From positions 3,658,001 to 3,722,000 of the forward strand of contig NC_047030.1 of NCBI RefSeq assembly GCF_902652985.1: DNA of 64,000 bases, given 5' to 3'. The DNA is from Pecten maximus. Its lineage: Eukaryota. The notes below the pieces were generated by a model. The model made no database searches. It was not told the DNA's origin and saw nothing but the letters and a program-made list of their open reading frames with translations. Numbering within the stretch: the first letter of the stretch is position 1; each line of letters starts with the position of its first letter. The position numbers and the translations under genes were made by a program. This document shows, piece after piece, positions 1 through 13,790 of the stretch.

Positions 1-2950
1 CTATAACATTACATCATACAGCTGTCCTCATAGATACAGTACTAATAGTGATTATAACATTACATCACACAGCTGTCCTTATTGATACAGTACTAATAGT
101 GACTATAACATTACATCACTGTCCTTATAGATACAGTACTAATAGTGATTATAACATTACATCATACAGCTGTCCTTATAGATACGGTACTAATAGTGAC
201 TATAACATTACATCATACAGCTGTCCTTATAGATACAGTACTAATAGTGACTATAACATTACATCATACAGTTGTCCCTATAGATACAGTACTAATAGTG
301 ACTATAACATTACATCATACAGCTGTCCTTATAGATACAGTACTAATAGTGACTATAACATTACATCATACAGCTGTCCTTATAGATACAGTACTAATAG
401 TGACTATAACATTACATCATACAGCTGTCCTTATAGATACAGTACTAATAGTGACTATAACATTACATCACACAGCTGTCCTTATAGATACAGTACTAAT
501 AGTGATTATAACATTACGTCACACAGCTGTCCTTATAGATACAGTACTAATAGTGATTATAACATTAAATCATACAGCTGTCATAGATACAGTACTAATA
601 GTGATTATAACATTACATCATACAGCTGTCATAGATACAGTACTAATAGTGATTATAACATTACATCATACAGCTGTCCTTATAGATACAGTACTAATAG
701 TGATTATAACATTACATCATACAGCTGTCCTTATAGATACAGTACTAATAGTGATTATAACATTACATCATACAGCTGTCCTTATAGATACAGTACTAAT
801 AGTGACTATAACATTACATCACACAGCTGTCCTTATAGATACAGTACTAATAGTGATTATAACATTACATCATACAGCTGTCCTTATAGATACAGTACTA
901 ATAGTGATTATAACATTACATCATACAGCTGTCCTCATAGATACAGTACTAATAGTGATTATAACATTACATCATACAGCTGTCCTTATAGATACAGTAC
1001 TAATAGTGACTATAACATTACATCATACAGCTGTCCTTATAGATACAGTACTAATAGTGACTATAACATTACATCACACAGCTGTCCTTATAGATACAAT
1101 ACTAATAGTGATTATAACATTACATCATACAGCTGTCCTAGATACAGTACTAATAGTGATTATAACATTACATCATACAGCTGTCCCTATAAATACAGTA
1201 CTAATAGTGACTATAACATTACATTACACAGCTCTCATAGATACAGTACTAATAGTGATTATAACATAACATCATACGGCTGTCCCTATAAATACAGTAC
1301 TAATAGTGACTATAACATTACATCACACAGCTGTCCTTATAGATACAGTACTAATAGTGATTATAACATTACATCATACGGGACTAATAGTGACTATCAC
1401 ATTACATCACACAGCTGTCATAGATACAGTACTAATAGTGATTATAACATAACATCATACGGCTGTCCTTATAGATACAGTACTAATAGTGATTATAACA
1501 TTACATCACACAGCTGTCCTTATAGATACAGTACTAATAGTGATTATAACATTACATCACACAGCTGTCCTTATAGATACAGAATTAATAGTGACTATAA
1601 CATTACATCACACAGCTGTCCTTATAGATACAGTACTAATAGTGACTATAACATTACATCATACAGCTGTCCTTATAGATACAGTACTAATAGTGATTAT
1701 AACATTACATCACACAGCTGTCCTTATAGATACAGTACTAATAGTGACTATAACATTACATCATACAACTGTCCTTATAGATACAGTACTAATAGTGACT
1801 ATAACATTACATCACACAGCTGTCCTTATAGATACAGTACTAATAGTGACTATAACATTACATCATACAGCTGTCATAGATACAGTACTAATAGTGATTA
1901 TAACATTACATCACACAGCTGTCCTTATAGATACAGTACTAATAGTGACTATAACATTACATCACACAGCTGTCCTTATAGATACAGTACTAATAGTGAC
2001 TATAACATTACATCATACAGCTGTCCTTATAGATACAGTACTAATAGTGACTATAACATTACATCATACAGCTGTCCTTATAGATATAGTACTAATAGTG
2101 ACTATAACATTACATCATACAGCTGTCCTTATAGATACAGTACTAATAGTGATTATAACATTACATCACACAGCTGTCCTTATAGATACAGTACTAATAG
2201 TGACTATAACATTACATCACACAGCTGTCCTTATAGATACAGTACTAATAGTGACTATAACATTACATCATACAGCTGTCATAGATACAGTACTAATAGT
2301 GATTATAACATTACATCACACAGCTGTCCTTATAGATACAGTACTAATAGTGACTATAACATTACATCATACAGCTGTCATAGATACAGTACTAATAGTG
2401 ACTATAACATTACATCATACAGCTGTCCTCATAGATACAGTACTAATAGTGATTATAACATTACATCATACAGCTGTCCCTATAGATACAGTACTAATAG
2501 TGACTATAACATTACATCACACAGCTGTCCTTATAGATACAGTACTAATAGTGATTATAACATTACATCACACAGCTGTCCTTATAGATACAGTACTAAA
2601 AGTGATTATAACATTACATCATACGGCTGTCCTAGATACAGTACTAATAGTGATTATAACATTACATCACACAGCTGTCCTTATAGATACAGTACTAATA
2701 GTGACTATAACATTACATCACACAGCTGTCCTTATAGATACAGTACTAATAGTGACTATAACATTACATCATACAGCTGTCCTTATAGATACAGTACTAA
2801 TAGTGATGATAACATTACATCACACAGCTGTCCTTATAGATACAGTACTAATAGTGATTATAACATTACATCATACAGCTGTCCGTATAGATACAGTACT
2901 AATAGTGATTATAACGTTACATCATATACCTGTCCCTATAGATACAGTTC
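1..2950. repeat. 51-bp minisatellite (CTATAACATTACATCATACAGCTGTCCTTATAGATACAGTACTAATAGTGA), about 58 copies, running off the window start
   Basis: Direct inspection; 17-aa periodicity in the ORF track. Confidence 0.98.
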
Positions 2951-3870
2951 ATAGATGCAGAACTTATAGTGATTCTAACGTTACATTACACAGCTGTCCT
3001 GATAGAACTGCTAAGTGAAACTTGAGACCAAACATGGGGAAGTTAAATTTTAACGATTGTAGATATGGAATTACAGTGTATATGTTAATCTCATATTGAC
3101 ATATGAAAATATATTTTGACCTTCGAACAAACTGCCATCACTATGAATATTAATAACCAATATCCGCCCTAAGCATAGATATACAGCTGGAAACATATTG
3201 AAGTAATAATATGAGACAAGCCTTATTATCATGTACAGATGCTAATTTACATTTAAACAATGCATTATTGTCGTTCGTTATCTTTTAATACGGCTGCACC
3301 TCACGTATCGATATCAGACTGATAGTAATAACCTAAACAGCTGACGAAACATATTTATACAAATATTGAAATATATTGCATCCGTGTGCTGATATCGATT
3401 ACAGTTGTATAAACGACGTCAGAGCAATATTCTATTATATTATCATATGATACTGTACCTTCTATTTAGGTTTCATTCATGTTTACTGAAATAAAAGTCT
3501 GTTATATAAACTACCGGTATCTGAACTTGTTCGGTAACGGTGGTAACGGTAACCACGTGATACTTACATGTATTACCCATTGTCACTAGTTTCCTTTGTG
3601 TTGGGGAAATAAAGACAACTTACAACAAAAGATACAGGAACAAAGTTACACAAATGGAATCGAACGTTGTATAGTAACACCTAATATGATTATAGGACAT
3701 GAATGATCAGCAGAAAAAAATGAAAATGGCATATGAAATATTGTAATTAATTTAATGCAAAAATCAAACACTGTATGGTTTAAACATTCAGTCCAACTTT
3801 ATCATTTCGATCAATACTGGTATGTAGTCATGCTCAGGAGTACAAAACGTGTTGTTTTTGTCCTCTAATG

Positions 3871-4045
3871 AAACACTAGGATGTTCTACAAAATATGGAG
3901 AGAAAAACTCTAGGATGTTCTACAAAATATGGAGAGAGAAAAACACCTAAATGTTCTACAAAATATAGAGAGAAAAACACTAAAATGTCCTACAAAATAT
4001 GCAAAGAAAAACACCAGGATGTTCTACAAAATATAGAGGGAGAAA
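3871..4045. repeat. About 35-bp degenerate tandem repeat (AAAACACTAGGATGTTCTACAAAATATGGAGAGA), about 5 copies
   Basis: Direct inspection. Confidence 0.85.
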
Positions 4046-6605
4046 AATAATAAGACGACGAAGAGACACCTGTGTTTTGTAATTTACTGTTTTTAATCCT
4101 ATGAACTTCAAAAATACATATATTTGCAGATACATGGCTGATTTAACTTGAAAGGTTCCGTGATTTCTTCAAACTTACAGAAAGACATTTACCAAGCAAC
4201 AAGCATTTAAAATATGAAAAGAATCATTTAGTGCACATGGTAACTTTTAGTCCCGCTTAATAGTGCGATATGAAGTCCTTTATATATACATTCTGTATAT
4301 ACATACATGTAGTATCAACTGGGTTGAAATGTACATCGCTATGCTAGCGCTTATTCGAAATTTACACTATTCATTATATGTAGCATGTTTAAGGACATGT
4401 ATCTATTTTATATGTAGCATGTGTAAGGACATGTATCTATTAGTAAATACTTACCATTGACATGGACAAGTAAACATAAATGAAACATAGATCACATTGG
4501 AATCATTTTAAACACATACGAATAATGTACAGCTGTTAAGTTTCACGGGGCCAACATTTCTCGTTTTCCCTAGTCAAACCTATTTAGTGAGTATTAGATT
4601 TCACGAAACACCGCTTTGTAAACGTTCTCCATTAAACAAACATTCGCTGGATATTTATTTTCTGACTTTATCAAATAACCGCAAAATACAGCGATACTGC
4701 CCCTCGAATGCCACCAAATATACAGTATACTGAGAAATATTACGACCATTCGTCAAAACAATACTGGAAAAAGGCATTTAGAGGAAATGGGTTTGAAAAT
4801 GAGTCACTGAGAAATTGAGAGAAAAATCTTTCTTTCCATTAAACAAAAAATTGATAGCAACGATTGATAGGTCATGCTGCTTCTGTGTACACAACTGAAC
4901 CAATATATATTTGTCTAACCACCATGAAATTGTGATAGGTACACATACCTGAAGCCCAGTGTATTTAACTATAACCGTTCTGTGGATTTAAAAAAAACAC
5001 TACCTTTATGATCAAAACATTTTGTTTGCACTACATTCAAAGAAATATCAAGTGCAAAAATATGTGTTTGGAATCGAAAGTGCATGTGTATGACAATCCT
5101 AAATCTTAACGGAAACCATGTCGTGATTATCGTAAACCCGTGAGTGTTAGGATTATCATTAGAACGACCAATCAGAGTTTAGGTTCATAACAGACTAATC
5201 GACAATAATTTGATCAGGTCAATATGAATTATATTTACCGTTGTCAGCCTATACAAAATCAATCGTGTTTAGATTAAGTTTCGCAATCTACTGTTTCAGC
5301 AATGTAATTAAGAGGAAATTAGTATATCACTGAAAAAAGGCGAGACACAACTGAATATCTAGAATTTAAAGGAATTCAAATGTTTATTTTTTTTTAATTT
5401 TTTTTTTTATAAAACATCACATTATTAATATCCAGTTATTTCTAAATATAAATTTCTTCATATATAAAGCATTACTAAAATATCTTAATCATTACTGAAT
5501 TACGCGATCCAACATAACAATGATACCTAGATCCAGTCTAAATGCTGTTACATTTCCAAGAGAAGACTACATCTATAACTGTACATTTTATTTAACGTTA
5601 GTTAAAAATTTATAAAATGGAACATAAGTCCTTGTTTAGTAGCTATAAAACAAGTAGTTTATACTCACCCGATAATTCAGGAGTTGGGGAACCTTGGTCG
5701 TGTCATTTAGGGGATCCAATAATTTATTAATGGACATTTTTTGTTTTTGTTTTCATTGAAACATGCTATGTCAATACGTCAAGTCGTTACATTTAACCTA
5801 GTTTCAAGTTAACAGGACTCGGAAAGTCAGTAAAGGCATGGTCGACAATATATTATCTTCAGCGCAGAATACGTAAGTAATTCTGGACACATGATAGATA
5901 TTCATATATATGTACAATATCTATATGCATGTCCATAATGTATACCTTGTCCAACACAATATCTACATAAATTCAATATTCATAGTCATAACATTCACTA
6001 ATACGGTCAAAATATGGGACATAATGTAGGAACATTTAACTGCGCATGCGCGAAGCGTGATGATGGTCATTCTCAGTATTAAGCTTTCAGATACTTTGTG
6101 GACAAATATTGACTTTGTAAATATATATATATGTATTTCTTGATGATGTGAATATAGAAGTATACACTATACATACAAAAGTTAGATTTAACAATATAAA
6201 AATTACCTTAACGTAACTGACCAATGTTTCTACCACAACTTATTATTTGTATTCAGAACAGGGACTGTAAAGATATCATGCCAAGAATGACTATAAATGG
6301 CATGAAAACGAAACAGTTACTCTAACTAAAACTCAATAAAGTAGGGCAAGCTACCAACAGAATATAGATTTTTATCCTGCAAATGCCACCGCATTGTCGG
6401 AATACACCCACCATATATACATGTATTTTTGTTGTATACGGCAGTGACGAAAAACAGCCGTATTTTGGAATCTTAGCACGTGCGTCAATTCGACTGACCT
6501 ACTTCGAAGCGAAACAACGTTTAAAAGGCGAACATATTTGGATCATTGTTGATACCGTTTCACTTTTAAGTGATTATTTTTGATATGCTCACTGTTGCAG
6601 GATAA

Positions 6606-6839
6606 ATAGAAAACATGGTCAGTGTCTTGTTTGTTTGTTTGTTTTTTTGTTTTTTTGTTTAACGTCCTATTAACAGCCAGGGTCATTTGATGTCTTAAAT
6701 TAGTGTCTTAAATTATAAGCTGTATTTTTGGCTCGGGACAGAAAGACAAAAGTGGCGAGCCATGGCTCGCCACTTTTGTCTTTCTTACCATCGGCAAAAT
6801 ACAGCTTATATTTTAAGACACTGAACATGTATTCTCTAT
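6606..6839. mobile_element. Palindromic fold-back MITE-like element
   Basis: Left arm ATAGAAAACATGGTCAGTGTCTT[SINE]AAATTATAAGCTGTATTTT is the imperfect inverse of the right arm AAAATACAGCTTATATTTTAAGACACTGAACATGTATTCTCTAT. Perfect 46-bp central palindrome at 6740-6785. Confidence 0.8.
6627..6688 (-). mobile_element. 5'-truncated SINE 3' tail, inserted into a fold-back element
   Basis: Reverse complement of AAATGACCCTGGCTGTTAATAGGACGTTAAAC plus a (CAAA)n-type tail. TGTCTT/AGTGTCTT is duplicated on both sides. Confidence 0.85.
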
Positions 6840-6917
6840 GAATGAAGAAATGAATCAAAATGAAAAACGTACTAGAACAGGATCAAGTGTTCCGCATGGA
6901 TAAGCGTCTTCTGCATC

Positions 6918-7110
6918 ATCTAGGTCAAACATAATTATCCCGTATCTAGGTCAAACATAATTACTCCGTATCTGGGTCAAACATAATTATCCCTTATCTA
7001 GGTCAGGCATAATTTCTCCGTATCTAGGTCAAACATATTTATCCCGTATCTAGGTCAAACATAAGTATCCCGTATCTAGGTCAAACATAATTATCCCGTA
7101 TCTAGGTCAA
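6918..7110. repeat. 26-bp tandem repeat (ATCTAGGTCAAACATAATTATCCCGT), about 7 copies
   Basis: Period 26 (6918, 6944, ...). Confidence 0.95.
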
Positions 7111-7982
7111 GATGCTACCCTGGTATTTGGTTGTTCTGCGATGTATCTGCGTTTACAGTATATACACTTCTGTATACTAAATCAGTATTATGTCATTTAA
7201 TGAAATTTTGTCTATAAAGAGAAAAGTATTGTACCTAACCCGAGTGCACAAGTGTTGCTACCAAACGAAATACAAATACGTCGTTAATGTAAAATATTAA
7301 AGACGAATTCATAAACTGTCATACAAGGTACGCACTTTCCTGTCTACAAGGTCGTGTCAAAGTCAAACCTGTCAGCCATTACTACCCGGAGTTAGATATA
7401 GAGGGATGACTTTGGTATGTAATTACAAAACCTATTATGTTGGCTTATCATCTTACAAACACTCGTTAGGTCAACCCTGTCGGCTAAGATGTATAAATAT
7501 ATGACATGTTACTCATTTTGCTTTTCGAACCATATGGATGTAATATTGTACAACAGTGATTTAACTAATGGATAGAATTTAATTTTAATAGTTTTAAAGC
7601 ACTAAATATCATATTATCATGTTCCAACCCGAGCAAGATATATAATGTGGTTTCACCGAGGATTTTTGAGGACCTCAGCGACAAGACTTGCTGTGTTTAA
7701 GGAATAATTTGAATTTATACTTTTTTGTTATGGAAATCTTACCATAATGAGAGAACACTCCGTTTTTTTATGTTAGAGACCTATAATATAAGTAAAGTTA
7801 ATCCTTATAACTTAATTTACACAATCCTCGTGGACAGCCTCTTTTATTGATGGACTCTTTTCTCTAAGAACTAACAAAACCATTGTAAATGACGACGCCA
7901 TTTTCACGTTATGGGGTGATAACATACATTTTAAGCCAATGAAAATGCTTGTTACAAGCAAGATCAAGTTATATGATGGTAA

Positions 7983-8011
7983 CTGACCGTAGGCCGATGG
8001 TTTTTCTCCGG
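7983..8011 (+). mobile_element. Short internal fragment of the SINE at 39270
   Basis: CTGACCGTAGGCCGATGGTTTTTCTCCGG differs from 39368-39396 at one base. Confidence 0.65.
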
Positions 8012-8167
8012 ATTGTAAGAGGCGACTAAATGTTGGTACCTGGGGAATCACAGATTTCCTTATGTGTCTCCTCCTGAGGAGGCAAAAATAGATCTGCTGT
8101 CCTCATTGTAGCAATTGGAATCTGTATCTTCTCCTGCCATCCATGTTTTCTGTTGATGTCCTCAAAT

Positions 8168-8631
8168 GATCATGTTGTTGGTGTCTCCTTGACATCCGTT
8201 CACAAGTGACCCTGTCTGTAGGTTTCTCCTTGACATCCACCCCTAAGTGACCCTGTCTGTTGGTTTCTCCCTGAAACCCGTCCCTAAGTGACCCTGTCTG
8301 TTGGTTTCTCCTTGACATCCACCCCTAAGTGACCCTGTCTGTTGGTTTCTCCTTGACATCCGTCCCTAAGTGACCCTGTCTGTTGGTTTCTCCTTGACAT
8401 CCGCCCCTAAGTGACCCTGTCTGTTGGTTTCTCCTTGACATCCGTCCCTAAGTGACCCTGTCTGTTGGTTTCTCCTTGACATCCGCCCCTAAGTGACCCT
8501 GTCTGTTGGTTTCTCCTTGACATCCGTCCCTAAGTGACCCTGTCTGTTGGTTTCTCCTTGACATCCGTCCCTAAGTGACCCTGTCTGTTGGTTTCTCCTT
8601 GACACCCACCCCTATGTGACCCTGTCTGTTG
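8168..8631. repeat. 41-bp tandem repeat (GTGACCCTGTCTGTTGGTTTCTCCTTGACATCCGTCCCTAA), about 11 copies
   Basis: Period 41 (8206, 8247, ...). Confidence 0.97.
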
Positions 8632-8954
8632 ACAGGACTTTAAACCTACGAACATTGAAACTTTTATTTTCTTGTATTTCCCGGGAACTTTTGACAGCTT
8701 TATTTTTTCCACAATATCAAATTCTATTATCCAGTACTGTTACAAATGTTGATGGCTTTTTGAGTATGATATGGCAGTATATATATACAAAAATAACTTC
8801 CGAAATTCTCCATTTAAGCCTCTATCATCACTGGCGAGTCCTGAAGTATTCAATGTTCCATACATTTAAAGGTGTTATTTCTGTGTGCCAACTGAACTGA
8901 CTACAGCCAGACACATTATCCTGTACTAGAAACATAAAACAATAAGAATTTTGA

Positions 8955-9236
8955 TACTGTAAATCACTTATAATTCGCGCGGGATTGATTTCTGGGTTAT
9001 ACGCTAGGAGAGAAAATCGTGTTCAAGTTCAAGTTTTTCGCGATAATAATTTGTACGAAAATAGCCACTCTGGTGGTGGCCAAGCTGTCGGTTACAGATA
9101 TACATAAAGAAGCCTTGCGCAGTTCCTGATTCTTATAGCTCATAGATCAGCGTTCGCGAAATAGTGTATTTGCTAATATATCGGATGAGGTCAATTTGTG
9201 AAATCAAGTATTCGCGAAATCAAGTGATATACATTA
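8955..9236. mobile_element. TA-flanked MITE (Tc1/mariner-pogo type)
   Basis: Left end TACTGTAAATCACTTATAATTCGCG versus inverse right end TAATGTATATCACTTGATTTCGCG. Confidence 0.65.
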
Positions 9237-10888
9237 TAGAACTAGTTCATGAATAACAGATATCATATGATGTTCAAGACGTTTAAACTTCCGGGACACC
9301 TGGATGCATATCCATTTTGTTGAATTCTATAATGTTTTTTCCTTCTTTCTAGTTAGGGTTTTATTCACTATCTCTATGTCTTTCCATCGGGATATTTATT
9401 ATATCTGTATCTTTGTATTTTATTTTAAAAGAAATATTTCTAATTACATCAATATATATTGGTGATATACAATGTAACGGGCTGCAAAATGCAAGCTATT
9501 ACGAATCTTAACTCAATTTTCTTTATACTCTTATCTTCCATATATTTTATTTGGAAATAATTCAGTTTATTTAGCCCTTACTTAGCAAATAATGTTACAC
9601 AAACATATCTCCAGATGTGTCCCCAAGTAGTCCAAACACGTCAGGACAAGACTTCTGGCTCTTAAGGCAGCTCTATCAATGTAACATTAATTGAGAGTGA
9701 TCTGATCATGCCCAAACTAGACTTCTCCCAGAGTGGACGTCTAGATTCAGGAGCATGACTAAAGCATTAACCTGTTAAGGTTCACGCGTTTCTATTATGT
9801 ACATGTAACCTCATTAATGCGTACACAGGCGCTATCGGTAGGACGATGGCCATTCTACTTTATGACTCGGGGTCAAACTCGAGTTGTGAATTTCAACATC
9901 GGTGTCAATATTACGGACGAAATGACGCCATCCGCTAGGCTTCTTTTCTGTATAAATATTGATAAATATAATTAGTCACATCGATATTCCAATATCTGTG
10001 TTATATGATTAAAAGTGTTGGACTGTAAGGATTATATAAGATAATTTAAACATCAAGGAAACAAAGCTTAAAGAAGAACACACACAGTTTTGAAGTGAAG
10101 TAATATTAATCGGAAGAGGCAATACATTTCTTTATATAAAACTCTGTATCTGTGTACACGGGTGCATAGATGTTCTTTGTTTATGAAATAATTAAATTCC
10201 ATAATTTGCGTTAATACATAAAATTTTGATATATTTATTTATTTAATCATTTATCAGTTTATGTTGGTGTTTTAATCTAACTTTCCACAGTATGTTAAAA
10301 AAAGTTACGATTTTAACGGCCGATCTCTCTGAAAACACGTGACCAAACTTCAGGGGCAATCATCCTATCAAATAGTTATATTCAAGATTATTATTTGTTT
10401 TCAGTTCACATCAACTGAGAAAAAAAAGATTAACACTTCATTTTAAGACTACTTTGACTTTATTTTGAAAATAATGCACGGCGTTCTTTTGTTATTGAAA
10501 TGATGTTTTGCCTTTGCGATACTTTTGCCTCTGTTGTTTCTCTTAATGACATTTCAGTTTTAGATTAAAATCATTTCACATACATATTGAAGGTTTTAGA
10601 AGCTTCATATGTATCAGCTTTGAGTAATAAATACCTAGCTATTCATTAATTTATGAGGAAGGGTAGTTAGCTGTTCTATAGGAGAATTTGCGAGAGAGAA
10701 AAACTTACAATACACACGAATGTACATTGTATATGTAAATATAAGAAACAAATGAAGATAAAAGGAAAAGAAAGAAGAAAGAAATCCACACGGAAGAATA
10801 ATAAAGGAGATATACTTGTATTAAAAATTGAAAGTTAAAGTAGCAAAGAGAAAAAAAAAACAATAGATAAAAGACACGAGAAAGTATT

Positions 10889-11069
10889 TGTGTGTTCGCC
10901 CCTTGCGATATATATATATTATTGTGCTCGTCCCTTATGATAGATACATTTGTGTGCTTGCCTCTTGCGAAGGATATATTTGTATTCTCGTCCTTTGCGA
11001 TATACATATATGCGTGTTCGCCCCTTGCGATAGATAAATGTGTGCTCGTCCCTTGCGACACATGTATTT
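10889..11069. repeat. Degenerate 30-bp tandem repeat, about 6 copies
   Basis: TGTGTG(T/C)TCG(C/T)CCCTTGCGATA-like units. Confidence 0.8.
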
Positions 11070-12711
11070 GCATCCTACAAGTATCGAGGTCATGTTATAA
11101 CGTGTTTCGTGTGTGACGTTCCCCTCTAGGTGATTGGCCTCCAGATAATGTGCACACTATGTGTTTTTTCTTGAAGATAAAGGTCGCTGATAATCTAAAC
11201 CCTATCTAAACAAATATATTGGGGTCGAGGTGAATTATCTCTCTAACGATGGATTTATTTAAGATACTCTGCATTTGTCGTGAAAACACTGACTACGTAA
11301 TTTTCGTATTGTCTCGACAGGACGGCAACACGTGTCCACATCACCATCAACCATACTCTTGTTGACTGCGCTTAATGCATAGTAATCAAGCGTCTGGTTG
11401 AATGTGATTACAGAATATACGTCATGATATAATTTCAATATTATGGGAAGTTGAAATACAGGTAGGATTGAAATGGAATAGAATTAAATTAACAGCATTA
11501 TTAAAAATAACAAATGTTTGATGTAAACGTTTCACAGAGAAACATACATGTATAAAACCCGCAACACAGATAAGATTTCCACAGACAGTTGTCAGTTTAT
11601 TGAATCTTATTACACTGTCACTTTAGTACAGGAGAGTAAAGTCTATTTCAAAGTGATTTTTTTTTTTTTACAATGTAGGGTCAGGTTAAGAACAATCTTC
11701 AGATTCATAACTCCCCTAGGGCACGGTATGCTCTTACGGAGGAAAATGTACTAATAGTTCCTAGTTCATGGTTCGTAGAGATTGACAGTGTAAGTTTTAC
11801 ACATTCTTCTGATATATCGTTCTTTTACGCTTTACCTTGGAGTCAAAATGTAACCAATCAACTATCATTTCACGGGTCAAAATTCTTCTAGAAGAGGGGA
11901 ATTTGCGAAATTGATTTTCAGGTTTGGAATCGTTTGGTAGCATGTACAATCCCTGAAAATACCGTCCTCGTTTTAAAGTGGTAGTCCATCTCAAATTGAC
12001 ATTTCACGCTGAATAAATGAGAAAATAACGTTAAATAAAGTAATCGTTTATTAAACATAAATAAATAAAGCGTAGTTCTTTATGATATGAACCTACTTAC
12101 CTAGGAAGAAAAAGACAGGAAAATTATTCAGAAAAATACTTAAGTGAATATATAATGTTTTGAGAAAGCCGTGATAATCCGAAATATGATATTATAGTGT
12201 TTGCCCTTCAAAACACCCCAAGGTCGAAAGTAGATTCGTCGGATGAACACATATACATATAAGTAGATTATTTTACAATAGATATATACTATATACCATA
12301 AAAATTTGTAAAATAGCCAAAACATTTACCCCATACAAATGTACTCACGGATTTTATAAGATTTTTTTTTACATTTGGAGGTCTTTGTACATGGACATTC
12401 TCTGTGCCTTTCGTCGTGTCTTGTTCCGTAGGTCGGTAAACATTGAAAAATCTAAAACCAATACCGTGACATGACCAGTTAATTCTGACTGAATAAAAAG
12501 GCTGTCCTGATTTGTAAGTTAAACAAAGACTTCTATTATTTGGGGGAAAGAGAAGATTTCTGATAAACAATCTTTAAATGAACTGGGGCAAATATTGATT
12601 CTTCAAAGTATTGGTAAAATAAATCTATATTTGGTTGTACAGAATATGGTACAAATTGTAATCCGGCTAGGCACACTACCTCGGACGGGTCTCACGAACT
12701 CATGTCTGTGC

Positions 12712-13054
12712 CGAAACCTGTGTTATGTAGATACACTACCAATATTGGTTTGTATATATCGGAACCTGTGTAATATACATACACAGCCAACATTGGTTTG
12801 TATAAATCGGACCCTGTGTAATATAGATACACAGCTAATATTGGTTTGTATAAATCGGACCCTGTTTAATATAGATACACAGCCTACATTGGTTTGTATA
12901 AATCGGAACCTGTTTAATATAGATACACAGCCGACATTGGTTTGTATAAATCGGACCCTGTGTAATATAGATACACAGCCATCATTGGTTTGTATAAATC
13001 GGACCCTGTGTAATATAGATACACAGCCATCATTGGTTTGTATAAATCGGAACC
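12712..13054. repeat. 48-bp tandem repeat, about 7 copies
   Basis: CGGACCCTGTGTAATATAGATACACAGCCATCATTGGTTTGTATAAAT; 16-aa periodicity in the ORF track. Confidence 0.95.
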
Positions 13055-13790
13055 AGTGTAGACCTGGTTTTAACCTACATGTAGCCAGTCATTCAGTTTC
13101 ACCTGGGTTCCCAATGAATGAACCGAGTGAGTTTCCGTGATTAGTGATAGACATTGTCTGTTAATTGTGAACCCCGTCTGCTATGAACGTATTATAGATA
13201 AGTAAAGAAGGGAAAAAATCCAAGTTTTTATATTTCAAATATATATATTATATGTTTTAACTAAATATCTACAGTGTTTGTTTTTGTTTTACATTTTTTC
13301 GCCGTTGATATTTTGCCTCTCGTAAATATGTACGCATTTTATCATGGTTCACACAGATTTTATAATCAAATTATCAGGCCCTGTGGTACCCGTCGTTTAG
13401 AAGTAATGTGTTTCTAGACTGCGATAAATGTCTGGCCTAGACAACGTAGTAATGAGATTGTGGAAACAGGCCGGGGAGACCTATAGATCATGGCTAAATA
13501 ATTACATACATCCGGGATCTTAACGTTTTACGATGTGTATTAGTAAATAATGGTGAGGAATATCCGTGTATACTGACAGATGTTTCAATCAATTGTCATT
13601 ATATCTACAAACAAAATAAATAAATACAAATATTGTTGTTTGTGTTTGATTGCATTTCAATCTTTTAATATTTGCCTCAATCTAAAGCATATTTTCAAAG
13701 GTAAAATGCGACACGGTTGAAAAGATTATATAAAGGACGAAAATAAACACACAAGGCTAGGACTAGTGCGCTAATATCTAGCTCTGCTTA

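Noticed and set aside
6041-6051. NRF1-like TGCGCATGCGC
   Set aside because: Isolated site with no nearby exon or promoter evidence.
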